From Gnetum montanum (taxonomy: Eukaryota > Plantae > Gnetophyta), in contig MNCI01002656.1 in assembly GCA_015680685.1 (NCBI GenBank), positions 1 through 64,000 of the forward strand: DNA of 64,000 nucleotides, read 5' to 3'. Below are positions 26,039-38,358 of the stretch, one piece after another (position 1 is the first letter of the stretch; each line of letters begins with the position of its first letter). The position numbers and the translations under genes are program-made. The notes beneath the pieces are model-generated. The model saw only the letters and a list, made by a program, of their open reading frames with translations, ran no database searches and was not told where the DNA came from.

Positions 26039-27954
26039 ATATACCTTCTCAGTTTGACTAAGTTATGTTGTCGGCACAGACACACCGTTAAGTCTTTAGG
26101 AGCATTAATTTATGGGTTAGGGCCAAAGTTTTCATAATTAACTAATTAATTAATTACACAAAGGCACCACCCCCCCATGACTGAGAGCATACCTCCGGTT
26201 GCGTAAAAGGGCAAGGACAGGTCGATGCGGACACGCGATGGAATGTAGGTGCGTTGGGAAACTCTCCTCAATTTGGACTCCAAATGATAAAAATTGCAAA
26301 GCGTAGTGGGTGTATATATAGGGGTTAGGTGCTGCGTTGATGGGGCCGCATATATGCAGCTGTGTATACACAGGCACTACGTATACAGGGCCCCGTATAT
26401 GCAGTGCTGTACACTCGTTGACCAACCCAAAAAAAACCCAAAACGATGAATTTGAAAAGCCAAATTGGGGCGGTTGAAGCGCGTGAGAAGCCCGGTCATG
26501 GCTGAGGACATGAGGAAGGTAATTGAGCACAAAAAAGAGACAAAAAAATTGGAGAACGGGACGTAAAAAAAAAGAACTCCGCGAGGAAGAAATCGAACGA
26601 TGGGACATAGAAAAAAATCAACCAAGAAATCCAAAGGATGGGAGACTTAACAAGCAAAACCAGGAATATGCAGGTGGGTCCTTCCCATAGCAGGCAATAG
26701 CCTTCGTAGCCCCCACATACCCTCAACACTAGGGTCCGTGGGCCCGGGTGCCAAGAATTGGTGTTAGCCGGTTAAGACTCCAAACCAGGAAATCCCACCA
26801 AGGCATGAGAAGCCTACAGAAATCACGATGAACCCACAAAACATAAAAAGGGCAGTGAGGTGAGGACGGAGAGAAGTGGGAACAGAGGGAGAGGAGAGAA
26901 TGAAAATTTCAAGCGTGTGCGATTGTGGTTAAGTGACCTGGTAGAACCTTTCCTAAGGTCAAACCCAAAACCATCCTCAGTCAGTGACATCGCAGCAATA
27001 GATGAAGTCTCGACCATCCCCCAAGGAAGCAAGAACAACCCCACAGAGAACCATCACTCTAGTAAACGTGAGAAGAAGGAAGTGAAACGGGATGAAGTTA
27101 GAGGGGACCAAGGAAGTCCCATAACTCGTGCGTGTGGCCCATGAGAGGCGATCTAAGGAGTGTGCTTTGAATTCCCACCAAGTGATTATTTTTTTTTGTT
27201 TTTCTTCTGTCAAGAGGAACCACACCATGCAAAGACCCATGCGTGTTCGCATGCATTCAACCAAGGGGTGTGCTTTGAATCCTCATGTTTGTTTTTTGAA
27301 TTTTTCTGAGGACCACACCATGCAAGGTCGAATTTCCTAGAAACTTCCGTGTAGAGAGAAACTGGGAGTGGCAGAAAATCTGTGAGGGCACACCAGCTAC
27401 CGAGGAAACAGAACAGAACGACGAATAAAGCATTCCCCTTGAAGTCACACTTGATTCAACCAGTGGATCATCCCCGAGTCTGGAAACTACACAAGTCACA
27501 CATTAATTATAATGTTTTTAAGTAAAGGGGACGCATGTTCGCAACAGGAGGAAAACCATGGAATGGTGAATGGGCGAATGACATGGACTCACTACCAAGT
27601 TTATGAAGTGAAAAAAAATGTAAAATCCAAGGACAACCATGCAATGGCGGGAGCCAGATAACGTGAAAGACTATTACAGTACCCATTGTACGAAAACTGA
27701 CCGCGCCAAATGCCTGAAGATAATATGACGACATCTTAGCAATTATGCAGAAAATGGAACAGGCACAAAGAAACAAAAAATAATTAAAGAAAAGGAAAAT
27801 ATGTTTAAAGAATGTGCAAACGTATGAACGATGGTGAAAAACAAAAAAGTGTAAAACGAAAAGGTGTAAAACAAAAAAGTGTAAAAAAAAAGATGTAAAA
27901 CAAAAAAGTGTAATATAAAAAATGACAAAATGATGAGGGGTGTAGTGAAATGGA

Positions 27955-30900
27955 TCAGCAGGGATGACGGTCTCCCCCATGATTGGGTGGAAAGGAGGAG
28001 ATGCGAAAAATGAAACGTAGTCGACCGAGTGATGGCGAGGCGGTGGCACTGGTTGCGTGGAGTTCACAGAAAGGTTTTAGTTGTTGGTGGTTGACTAATT
28101 GTGTTCTAGTGGGGTCCTTAGGTTTGTGAATGAGAAAGGCCCCAGATGGGAAGGTTTTAGAGACAATATAAGGTCCCTCCCATAGTGTTTGAAACTTGGT
28201 CGGTTGGGATACATGTGAAGGGTTCCAATACAACACCTTGTCTCCACATCTAAATGTGACTTTCCAAATCCTAAGATCATGTCGTTTCTTGTTATAGGCC
28301 TTGTGGATTTCATTTGAAAACAGGGCCACTAATCGGTCCTCATCTAGCACACTTAAATTGATTAGTCGTTCACGTTGTGCTAGCGGTAGGTCAAGGCTAA
28401 GGTCATTGGCGATGGATAGTGTCTGGAGTTCTGCTTGGATTGGAAGCGTTGGCAACTTTTCGTACACTAACTCATAGGGAGAGTACCCTACAGGAAGTTT
28501 CCAAGTGGAGCGATAGGCCCATAGGGCATNCAGCACTCCAAATCTGATAACGATTTGTTGCTAGACAAATCATGCAACAGTGTTGGAAGAACAGTCAACG
28601 ATGGCTGCCACTTCTACCAACTTTGTACAGTAGTCCACAGCCACGATGATGTACGTCTTTCCATTTGACAAGGGGATGATGGACCCCATGAAGTTGATAC
28701 CCCAGATGTCGAAGGGCTCCAGTGGCTAAATCCACTATTGAGGTCCCTCCAACCGTGCCGTCATCCCACCATCACTCTGGCATCGTTCGCAGGAGCAGGC
28801 GAACCAGTGTGTGTCCCTAAAGATTGTAGGCCAGTAATACCATGCAAGTAGGATTTTAATGGCCGTGCAGCATCCAGCACAGTGGCCCCCACAAGGGCGC
28901 TCGTGAGCATCTTGGAGGACGTGTAGTGTATCGTCATCAGGGACACACCATTGAACCAGGCCAATTGCATACACCTTGTAAAGGTGGCTGTTGATTTCTA
29001 TGAAATGCTTGGCCTTATGGAGAAACTACTGTTTCTGTCAATGGTTCCACTCCTTGGGCAGCTCCTAGGTTGTGAGGTAGGTGAGGATGCGGTTGAACCA
29101 AGGGGATTCCTTGGGTGCTTGAGGATCAATTGCACTTGTGAAGAGGAGTTCATCTGAAAACTGGTCGGATAAGGGCTCCTCCTCTTCTGTGTCATCCCAT
29201 TGCAACCGAGACAAGTGGTTAGCAATCATGTTCTTGGTCCCCTTCCAATCTACCATGGTAAGATCAAACTCCTAAAGAATCACCAGCCATTGGATTATGC
29301 GGGGGCTCACCGTTGGTTTGTTCATCAGGAACTGTATAGCACTATGGTCCATGTGCACAAACACCTCGTATTTGAGCACATAGTGCCAGAATTTGTCCAA
29401 GGTGAACACCACCACCATCAACTCCTTCTCGGTGGTGGTGTAGTTCAGCTAAGCACCCACAATGCTACGACTTGCATAGTGGATATAATATGGACATTTC
29501 TGATTGTCACACTTTGTAAGCATGGCTCTCAAGGCGTAGTTGGAGGCATCTATCATAATATGAAAGGATCTAGACCAATCAGGTGCCTGTAGAACTAGAG
29601 ATTTCACGAGTTTCTACTTCAGTGCTTGGAATGCAGACTCGCATTCCTTGGTCCAGATGAACAGAGCGTCCTTCTTTGTAAGTTCTACCAACGGCTTAGC
29701 GATATTCGAGAAGTGTTCAATGAAATGCCGGTAGTAACTAGTGTGTCCAAGGAATGACCGAACATATTTGACGGTACTTGGTTGGCAGGTGGTTCCTTGG
29801 ATGACCCTGATCTTTTTAGGGTCTACGCTGATCCCTATTTGTGAGATGCGATGCCCCAACACAATGCCCTCTTGGACCATCAAATGGCTCTTTTGCCAAT
29901 TGAGCCACAAATTGGTGTCTACACACCTTTTTAGAACCTGCTTTAGACAGTCCAAGGCTTGCTCGAACATGACCCCATAGGTGGAGAATTCATCCATGAA
30001 GACTTTTACACCATTGCTGATTTGTTGTTGGAAGATGCTTAGGACAACGTGTTGGAATGTAGCAGGCGCATTGCACAGGCCAAAGGGCATCTTCTTATAT
30101 GCAAAAGTCCCCCATGGACTTGTGAACGTTGTTTTGGCCTGGTCCTCTGGCGCTATTTGGATTTGGTTATAACCACTATAACCATCCAAAAAGCTATAGT
30201 AATGGTGTCCTGCGATGGTGTTCAACACCTGGTCCACAAATGGGACCAGGAAGTGATCCTTGAAGGTCACCATATTGAGCAACCGGAAATCAATACAGAC
30301 CCTCCACTTGCCACCTTTCTTGGGCACAATAACGAGTGGGCTAACCCATTCGCTATCGGCGATAGAATAGATGAATCCTGCCTTTAGCAATTATTTGATT
30401 TCATCTTTTACGATCTACTTCAGTTTGGGATTCAATCATCTTTGTGGTTGTCATCGTGGCTTCATGGAAGGGTCAAGATAGATCCGATGCTGGTAGACCC
30501 TGGGATCAACTCCAGTCAACTTAGGATATGACCATGCAAATGTAGCAACCCATTTTTTACCATCTTTAGCAATCTCTTTTTCTGTTCAGGAGCAAGGGTA
30601 GCATTAATAATTACCGGCTTACCTTTTTGCAAGAATGCATATTCCAAGTGAGCTGGTAAAGAATTTAGCTCTAGGGGCTCTTGTTTGAAGCTCTCAGGGA
30701 TTTGTTGTGTCCCCCAGTCATCTTGGTTATCAACAGTGGAGACCTGTTGATGAACCTCATCCATTTCGTCCATGCTTTCAACGTAGGCTTACACTAGTCC
30801 CTCAGACGGTTCCATGCATAGTGCGCTGCTAGTAGGGTCAGCTGTCAACCATTGGGTGCCCTCTTGGTTAGTGGCTACTGCGTATAGGCACTATTGAACA

Positions 30901-33789
30901 GGTGATTCCTCGGTACACCGACTGCATGCTTGAATGGATATTCGCTTAGCGGACCATAACTTCTACACATAGCTGCACCTTGAGTCACTATATGCGATGC
31001 ATGGAATGCGCTTCTTCTCGATCTTTCTAAAAAGATTTTCCTTTGAAATTTCTAGGGACAGATCTTAGAGTCCTAGTCGTGCATCCATCGTGCTTAGCCA
31101 GGCTCTTCCCATGATGATTGGAAAGTTCCCCTTGCAGTTCTCTACATGGATGACCAGGAAATCAGCAGGATAGAATCACCCACAAACAGTGGTCACGATG
31201 TCCTCCACCAAACCCAAGGGAACGGTGATGGACTGGTCTGCTAACTTGAGCTGGATGTTGCTCTTCTTTAGTGGGGGCAAGTTCTAGTTCTTGTACATAT
31301 CATAAGAGATCAAATTGACCCTTGACCCCAAGTCCATAAGAGCTTTGCATGGCTCGTTCCCTGCCACCTAAAGATAGATGAGGAGGCTTCCCAGATATGT
31401 CAATTTTTGGGGAGGATGACTTGCTTTGATCTAGTCGGTCATGACATGTGTGAGCATGACTGTCTGGACGTTGGAGTGCAACTGGCTAGAGGGTTGCTTG
31501 GGAAGTATGATGGTGGAGGCATTGGTAGGTTCGGAGGCACTGGCCACAGGCGTAGGTGAGGGTGTGTTCAGATTACTAGGCCGGAAGAAAAGATGTTTTC
31601 GTGGCTTGGATTCTGGTCCACTTGGTCGAGGTGCCGATTGTAAGTTAACAACCCTCATAGTGTTTCGTTGTTGTGGTTGTGGCGTTATTTCTCCTTGCAT
31701 TGATGGAGTAGGTGGCAACTGAGTGGGATGTTGTGGAGGAGTGGTAGGAGAAGGTGATGGAGGGTAGAAGAGATGTGGGTTTTTCCCCTTGGGTGATGGA
31801 GATGGATGTCAAAAATATTCAGGGGGTGGTAATTACTAGGAAAGGCCGCATGACTGGAAGAGTCTCTTGGAGGGACCGGTTGCTAAACATAGTACCCATA
31901 AGGATTTGGCTGTTTGTAAGGGTATTGCTGCCTTGGAGGTGGCATCCCCCACGCTTGTGGTTGCTACCATTGTTGAAAGTATTCATATGGTTGCGGGGGC
32001 GTTCCACTTGGATAATATCCTTGCTACTGCTGGTGGAACCGCCTGGAATTGCCTTGTGGATAAGGCAACCTTCTGGGTGTTTTCTGTTGCACCAAACAAG
32101 GGTTCAAGACGTACACCCCAGACTCTTGAAGATGTCACACCACAGGACAACATCCCTTAGGATGTTCATATTGGCATATGCCACATTCATCATCCTCCTT
32201 GGTGTTAGAGTCTGCAACATGCTCTGCTACAACAACTTTTTCCTTACCTTTATGTTGGGCACATTTAGCTCCCTTCTTCCTGCGTCGATCACGCTCATTA
32301 CCTTATTCTCTGGACTCTTCTGCAATTTTTAGTACACTTTCGAACTTCTCATCCAAAGAGTCCCATATTTTATCCACCTTTGCTGATATTTTAGATGTAA
32401 AATTTTGTAATGGCAAAGTCTTTTGATTCACCGTTTCTTCCAGCAGTGATTCATCCTCCTCATCACAAAATCGAACCTCCCTTTTTCTGAGGGAAGGGTC
32501 CCGGATGAATTCTTCTGCATTCTTCTTTTTCCTAAGTTCTCCTTCCTCCTTGGCCACCTGTTTAATGAGGCGCTGCAACTGATGGGTCCTTAGCTTTGAC
32601 AGTCATCCCTTGGCGTACACGCCAAGGGTCTTTCGCATTTCAAAACGAAGCCCATCAATGATGTGGTGAAGTTGTGCCCATTGAGAGTAACCATGACTAG
32701 GGCACTCTAGAGTACGTTTGATATTTGTCATTAAAAATTTCAAGCATTGTACTCCATCTTCTGATTGATTCCGGCTCCAAGGACCGGTACCAACTTTCAG
32801 CTTCTTTGATGAGTGTGCGAGGGAACAGCTTCAGCTATTGCCAATTATTGTCGATGTTCTATAGGGTGCAGGCATCAGGAAACGCTTGCAGGTGGGTATG
32901 CGGATCATAGTTGTATCCCCCTTCAAATCTGGGGATGTTGTTCATATCAACACACTTGATTTGACTATCCTTTATGTGCCTACTAGGAATTTGAACTACC
33001 TCTACGATCTAGAGCATGCTTTGAGTAGCTAACAACGGCTCGTCTGAATCATAGTCCTGCTGAAGACCATCCGAACCTTCTTACCACCATCTGAACCTTT
33101 TTACCACCATCCTTTCACTCCTTCCTTCCCCCATTATGCTCAGAGCCTGAGCTGGATGAAGGCGCAGGAGAGTGAGAGTATGGAGAATAAGGAGAGGCAT
33201 TGCCACTGCTTCGGTATCGATCTCTCCCTCTACCTTGATGGCGGCCTCGATCATCCTACCTAGTCTTGCTACGTAACCCTCCATCCCCTTAAGGATCGTG
33301 GTCACTTAGAGGTTTGTTCTAAATGATTGACTGGAGGATCTGCTACCCCAGGGGAAGTTCGGTCCAATGGGTATCATGAAAGACAGGATCCCCATCGTCT
33401 TGCAGCCCTTGCAAAAATAAGGGGTTACTGAATTGTTTCCCCTTCTGTTGTTCATGTTTGTCTGCCTGCTGCTGGTCTCTTTCTCATGAAGCCGAAGTGG
33501 GATGATAGTCTCGATAATCATGGTCCTCCATGACATACTCCACCACCCGGTCTTGGTTGCCCAATCTGCCCAGATTGTGATATAGCATTGTAGGAGTTGA
33601 TCGGTCGGGTGGTAGCACGATGCTACCCTCCATGTCCAGCCATCGCAGATGCTCATCCTGATGTAGGATGAATGTGAAATCAGGCACATATTCATCGGAA
33701 TGTTTGTACACCACCTGACATTCTTGTGGCACCGGTGGTTTGAATACCTCTCTCCTGTGAGAAGACATGTTGGACGTTAGATGGTCCAT
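27955..33789 (-). pseudogene. Disrupted gag-pol of element A
   Basis: gag ~33789-31900; protease KALMDLGSRVNLI ~31350; RT 30390-29614 (WVSPLVIVPKK, MPFGLCNAPATFQ, VFMDEFS with the catalytic DD changed to DE); RNase H ~29600-29200; INT with HHCC (HERPCGGH...CERC) and WEGPY. Confidence 0.92.
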
Positions 33790-33934
33790 GTAATCGTTGT
33801 ACCTTACTATTTACTTAAATTCACCTAGCGTGTAGAAATGTTTCTATCCTGGGTCCGTCCCAATGACTTGAATGATAATTTCACTAAGGTTAGATGACGC
33901 ATGTAAGACTAACAGTCCCTGGCAATGGCGCCAA

Positions 33935-34865
33935 TGATGAGCAGCTAGGTACCCCTACGCCCAACCATACGAATCACAAGCGTTCATGCGCAACTTGGTC
34001 GAAATTTGTAGACTGTAAGCACTTAACATACACCAGAGTCTAACCAGTGAAACCTTGGGNCCTGGTCGAAATTTGTAGACCGTAAGCACTTAACATACAC
34101 CAGAGTCTAACCAGTGAAACCTTGGGTTAGAACGGTTGTTGTCATCCTAATCTCACTTGTGAGGTTTTGTTTATGATGGTTAAGTGAGACTAAGGCTAAT
34201 GATTTTTATAACTTTTTAATTATCTTTTTGGACGGCTAATTATCTTGGAAAGTAAGGCTAGAATATTAATTAATGTAAGATTATCTTAATATAAATCTTA
34301 ACTATTCCTAACATAAGTATCTGGTCCCATCTTCCGAGCACGTTCTAAGCATCTCCTAACACTTATGGGTTACCAGACGTTAAGCATCACTGGGTTTACC
34401 AAGTGTTTGAGTTATGTTCGAGATGGTTGTACTCATGGCCTTTAAGAACTACGAATGAACAATAGCGATTGAAATCATAATAACAAAAACTTAAGTAATT
34501 AACAAGTAACTAATAAAGCATAAACATATAAAACTATTGAATGCATAAAATAGCTAAGTCCAAATGCTGCAAGGAATGCTTGAATAGTTCGTCTTTATTG
34601 CCGTCACGTCAATGGGCTCAGATACATCAACGCTCGAATAAAGAGCCAATCACTTTTCTTACACCTGCTGTGGGCACTTGGAAAATATTCTATCTCCTAC
34701 AGGAAAAAACTGCAAGAGCTTCACTACAACTAACTAAAAAGGTGCCTAAATGAGTCGGAAGGCCCTCTTATTTATAGGTCAGGATAGGCGACTGCGTAAA
34801 TGGGGTCACGTCGACGCCACGTATACGCGGCCCAGTCGATGCACTGACTAAATAATAGTTCATCA
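33935..34865 (-). repeat. 5' LTR of element A
   Basis: TGATGAG...TTCATCA; adjacent PBS; CCTATAAATA on the minus strand at ~34769-34778. Confidence 0.9.
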
Positions 34866-34970
34866 GTTTCGTAGTTGTAGAAAGTGAATGCTTGTACTAT
34901 GATGTTAGACTGTTGATAGGAGTCTTTATTTGAGTAAATTATACTTGAACACATTTTATGCACGACAATT
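34866..34970 (+). mobile_element. Fragment of an older D-family LTR into which element A inserted
   Basis: gtttcgtagtt...gtgaatgcttg...gagtctttatttgagtaaatt.tacttg.aca..tttatgcacgacaat matches 59292-59399. Confidence 0.7.
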
Positions 34971-35194
34971 TCATTGTAATTGTTAAAGATGAATACAGGA
35001 ATTATAGATCCTAATACCGTAACTAAGATCATAGGAAATGCACCAATGGAGCATGTAGCAATTTCATTGTAATTGCTAAAGACAAATACATGAATTATAA
35101 AGGAAATGTAATAATGTGTTAAGTGTGATTTGAATTGGCAACCTTTAGCTTTACAAGATAATGAATTAAACACTTGAGCCACACATTCTTTGTG

Positions 35195-35332
35195 CTAACA
35201 ATGAGGTGTTAGCCTAGTAGTAAGGCACTTGATTTGAAAGCTCAAAGTCATGAGCTTGATTCTGGTGGGCAATGTTAAGTTACAAAGTTTTAATTGAACT
35301 ATATTACAATTCTTTCAAGGTTCTAACACCCC
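35195..35332 (+). mobile_element. tRNA-derived SINE-like repeat flanked by a 16-bp direct repeat
   Basis: CCACACATTCTTTGTG at 35179-35194 and 35333-35348; tRNA-like head GGTGTTAGCCTAGTAGTAAGGCACTTG...TTGATTCTGGTGGGCA. Confidence 0.6.
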
Positions 35333-36665
35333 CCACACATTCTTTGTGTTCAAGAAATAAAAAATGCTATGATAAATATAATACATACAGTACAAAAGAA
35401 TAAACTTACGTTGCCATTTTAAAGAAATAATCTATTTGGAATTTTATAATTTTAATATTTTTTATGTATTGTTGAATAAATAATAAATTAAATCACATTG
35501 CAATCTCTTGCGTCACAAGCACAACATTCATACACAAAAAACAATTATATAGTATACATACAGTACAATTTCTTGCAAGATAGGTGCAATCCCAAATTAA
35601 ATACACGTATCATAATCTCTTTTGAGATAGGTGCAACTCCAAATCAATTACACACTTGCATATGGGGTTCTTCTAGGACAAGTGCAAAACTATCACACAA
35701 AAGAAAATAAAGTATCATCAATAATGTCCTTGATGACCCAACAATATTTTGTATAGATATAACCTCCTTGGGCAAGGTTGAATTGTTGCAAACTTCGCAT
35801 TCTTAACTAAGGAATTAAATAAAATAATTAATTAATAAACTCATTAAATTAATTAGACATGAATTAATTAATAACACCATATTTTCTTTATTTCATATTT
35901 ATAAAGAATTTGCAATTCCTTTCATATAGTCCCCCCTTATAGATAAATCAAAAAGCTTTTTGCAGTGAATAATAAAAAGAAAATCATGAGCTTTATTGTA
36001 ATCTCTCACTAGAGGACCGCAATAGTATTATATTTGTGTATAAGTGATTATACTTGGTTGGGGGTTATGAGGGTGTATAGCTAGTGATATTATGTCATGA
36101 TATATTTTTTGAGACTTAATAATATTATGCTTATGATCATGATTTATTATGACTATGCATATTCATCTTGCTGGATGTATAGTATGGTGTTTGTGGCTGG
36201 AAGGATGTGAGGGTTGTGGATGTCCATGCTATGCATTATAGCTTTGACATTAGTGTTGTTTAGCATATCATGTTATGTAATTATAGGTCAACACTCTTTA
36301 GTTAATCATGTTATGATGCAATAATAATGTGATACATGTTGGAGTTGTATGGCTAGTTAGCATATGTTATGGTGCATGTATAGCTTTATAATTGTGCTAT
36401 AGATGAGATATGATGTTTATAGGGTCAACCAATATTTTGACTGGATGTCCCGTGTGTTGTTTATAGAGTCTAGATTCCTCGACATTAGTTAGGACAAGGG
36501 AATTAAGTAGGAGACTTTATAAAATGAAATCGTAAATAAATGTAATTTTATTTTGTTTATATATAATTAAAGCATAAAATTTTTTTCATTTTTCACTTTC
36601 ATGATCATGTTCCTGTGCCTCACAATTTTCTTTGATTTCTTTCAATTTTTTGTTTTCCTCCACTT

Positions 36666-38358
36666 TGTAGCGATCAAAAATGTTAGAGGCTAGAATGGTA
36701 CATCGAGAGGTTCACGGTTGTATAGTTTGACACTACGTCCACGTGAGGGCCTACTAGAAATGAAGGTGGGGTATCCAAAGCAATCTTGTCAATCAAATTG
36801 GGACTTATGGGATGTTATGCCAAAACAAATGTTGGGGGGGTTTGCATGATGTTTGCAATGTCCATGGTGTCAACTAGGGTGAGTGTAGTTGAGGTTTTAG
36901 ATGCAAAACAAGGGTGCAAATGTATGAATATATGCAGAAAAATACTGAAAAATGCAAATAAAATGATAGAATGTGAGTGAAAATGCCAAAAAATACACAG
37001 AGAATGAATGAGAGAGAAAGAAGAACCACCCCAAATGAGGGGAGCGTAGTTAATTATAAAGAAAAGGTGAGGAGGTATGCAGTGTATAGATAGGCACAGT
37101 AGGTAGTATAGTCATAGTCTCAGGGTGTTCGGGTTGCAAAGATTGACGTCTGCTGTGAGGTCTAGGCCTATTGGGTTGGTTGCTATGGTGTCCTCCAGGC
37201 TGTGGTGGTCTGTGGTGTGCTAAGCGATGTGCAACGTTGCTGTGGTGGTGTGCAATGATGTCTACCAAAGTGAAAAGCGTGCTTGAATGCTAGAATGCCA
37301 CAAATGCAAGTTTGCTAGCCAAATGCTTCAAATGCAACCTTGCTTTTGATTTGCCAACCTCTAGAAGGTGGAACATTGGGGTATTTATAGGCCTAGGGTT
37401 GCCATGAATTGCAGATCAAGCACCATGTGGCATAGGAGTAGTTGGGACTACACTAGCTCCAACTACACTCCCGCTAAAGCAAATGGTGTTTTGCTAGTTT
37501 GCTCCAATGGACCTTGTGAGACTACTAGACTATGACTATGCTACCAAGACTACATGTGCAAGTGCTAAATAGACCACCATGTACCTAAAAACAATGCAAA
37601 ATAGTGTAGTTCTGGAGACTATGCTCTGGGACTATGTTGTCCAGTTTTTTGAGTGGTGTCAAGCGTAGGTATAATTTGGGGGCAAATGGGGGATGTAAAA
37701 GAAGTGCAAAGTGCTGATCTTGCTTGCCGAAGGAATGTTGGAGCTAAGATAAAGGCTAATGCTAAGTTCTAGAGGCTCTTGGAGGAAGTTTTGCATGACT
37801 ATGCTAATTACGCTCTAAAGTGTAGTCCAACAATTAAACGAATTTTGCAAAAACTATGCTCCAGTGTTGACTACGTTGACTACTCTCTAGAGCATAGTCT
37901 TGGTAGTGAGAGCATATCCTTGACACTTAGAAAAATCTGGCAAAACTTGATGTCTTTCTACAGACTATGCTAACTACGCTCTAGAGCATAGCCTCAAAAG
38001 TTAGAAAATCTGCTAAACTGTCTCTTCCATGTCAACCCAGCTTAACAGCTTTTAGTTTGACACTTAGGAAAATTTGCAAAACTAGCCATTTCCTTGCTAA
38101 CTACACTAACTATGCTCTAGAGTGTAGTCCTAGCAATGAGAGCGTAGTTAGGACACTTAGAAAATTTTGTAGCTGTTGTTGACACTTAGAAAATTTTTGC
38201 AAATCTAGACTTATGTTACAGACTATGCTGACTATGCTCTAGAGTGTAGTCCCAGCAGTAGGGAGCATAGGCCCAACACTTAGAAAAAATTTGCCTAGTC
38301 CTAACACTTAGAAAAATTTGCAATTGAGATCTAATGACCTAAATTTTGTGATGTTTCA
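36666..38358 (-). repeat. 3' LTR of the Ogre-type element
   Basis: Colinear with 54277-55980; CCTATAAATAC on the minus strand at ~37381-37391. Confidence 0.92.

Larger units (their letters stand above)
22060..34865 (-). mobile_element. Near-complete Athila-like Ty3/gypsy element A (LTR-gag-PR-RT-RH-INT-accessory ORF-LTR)
   Basis: LTRs at ~22060-22885 (outer ~90 bp missing) and 33935-34865; about 14 mismatches in one 240-bp stretch compared. PBS TGGCGCCATTGCCAGGGA 33916-33933; G-tract PPT-like next to 22885; gypsy domain order. Confidence 0.92.

Noticed and set aside
33995-34125. ~65-bp tandem duplication in element A's 5' LTR
   Set aside because: The copies are separated by a single N at 34060, so this is most likely a contig-overlap artefact.
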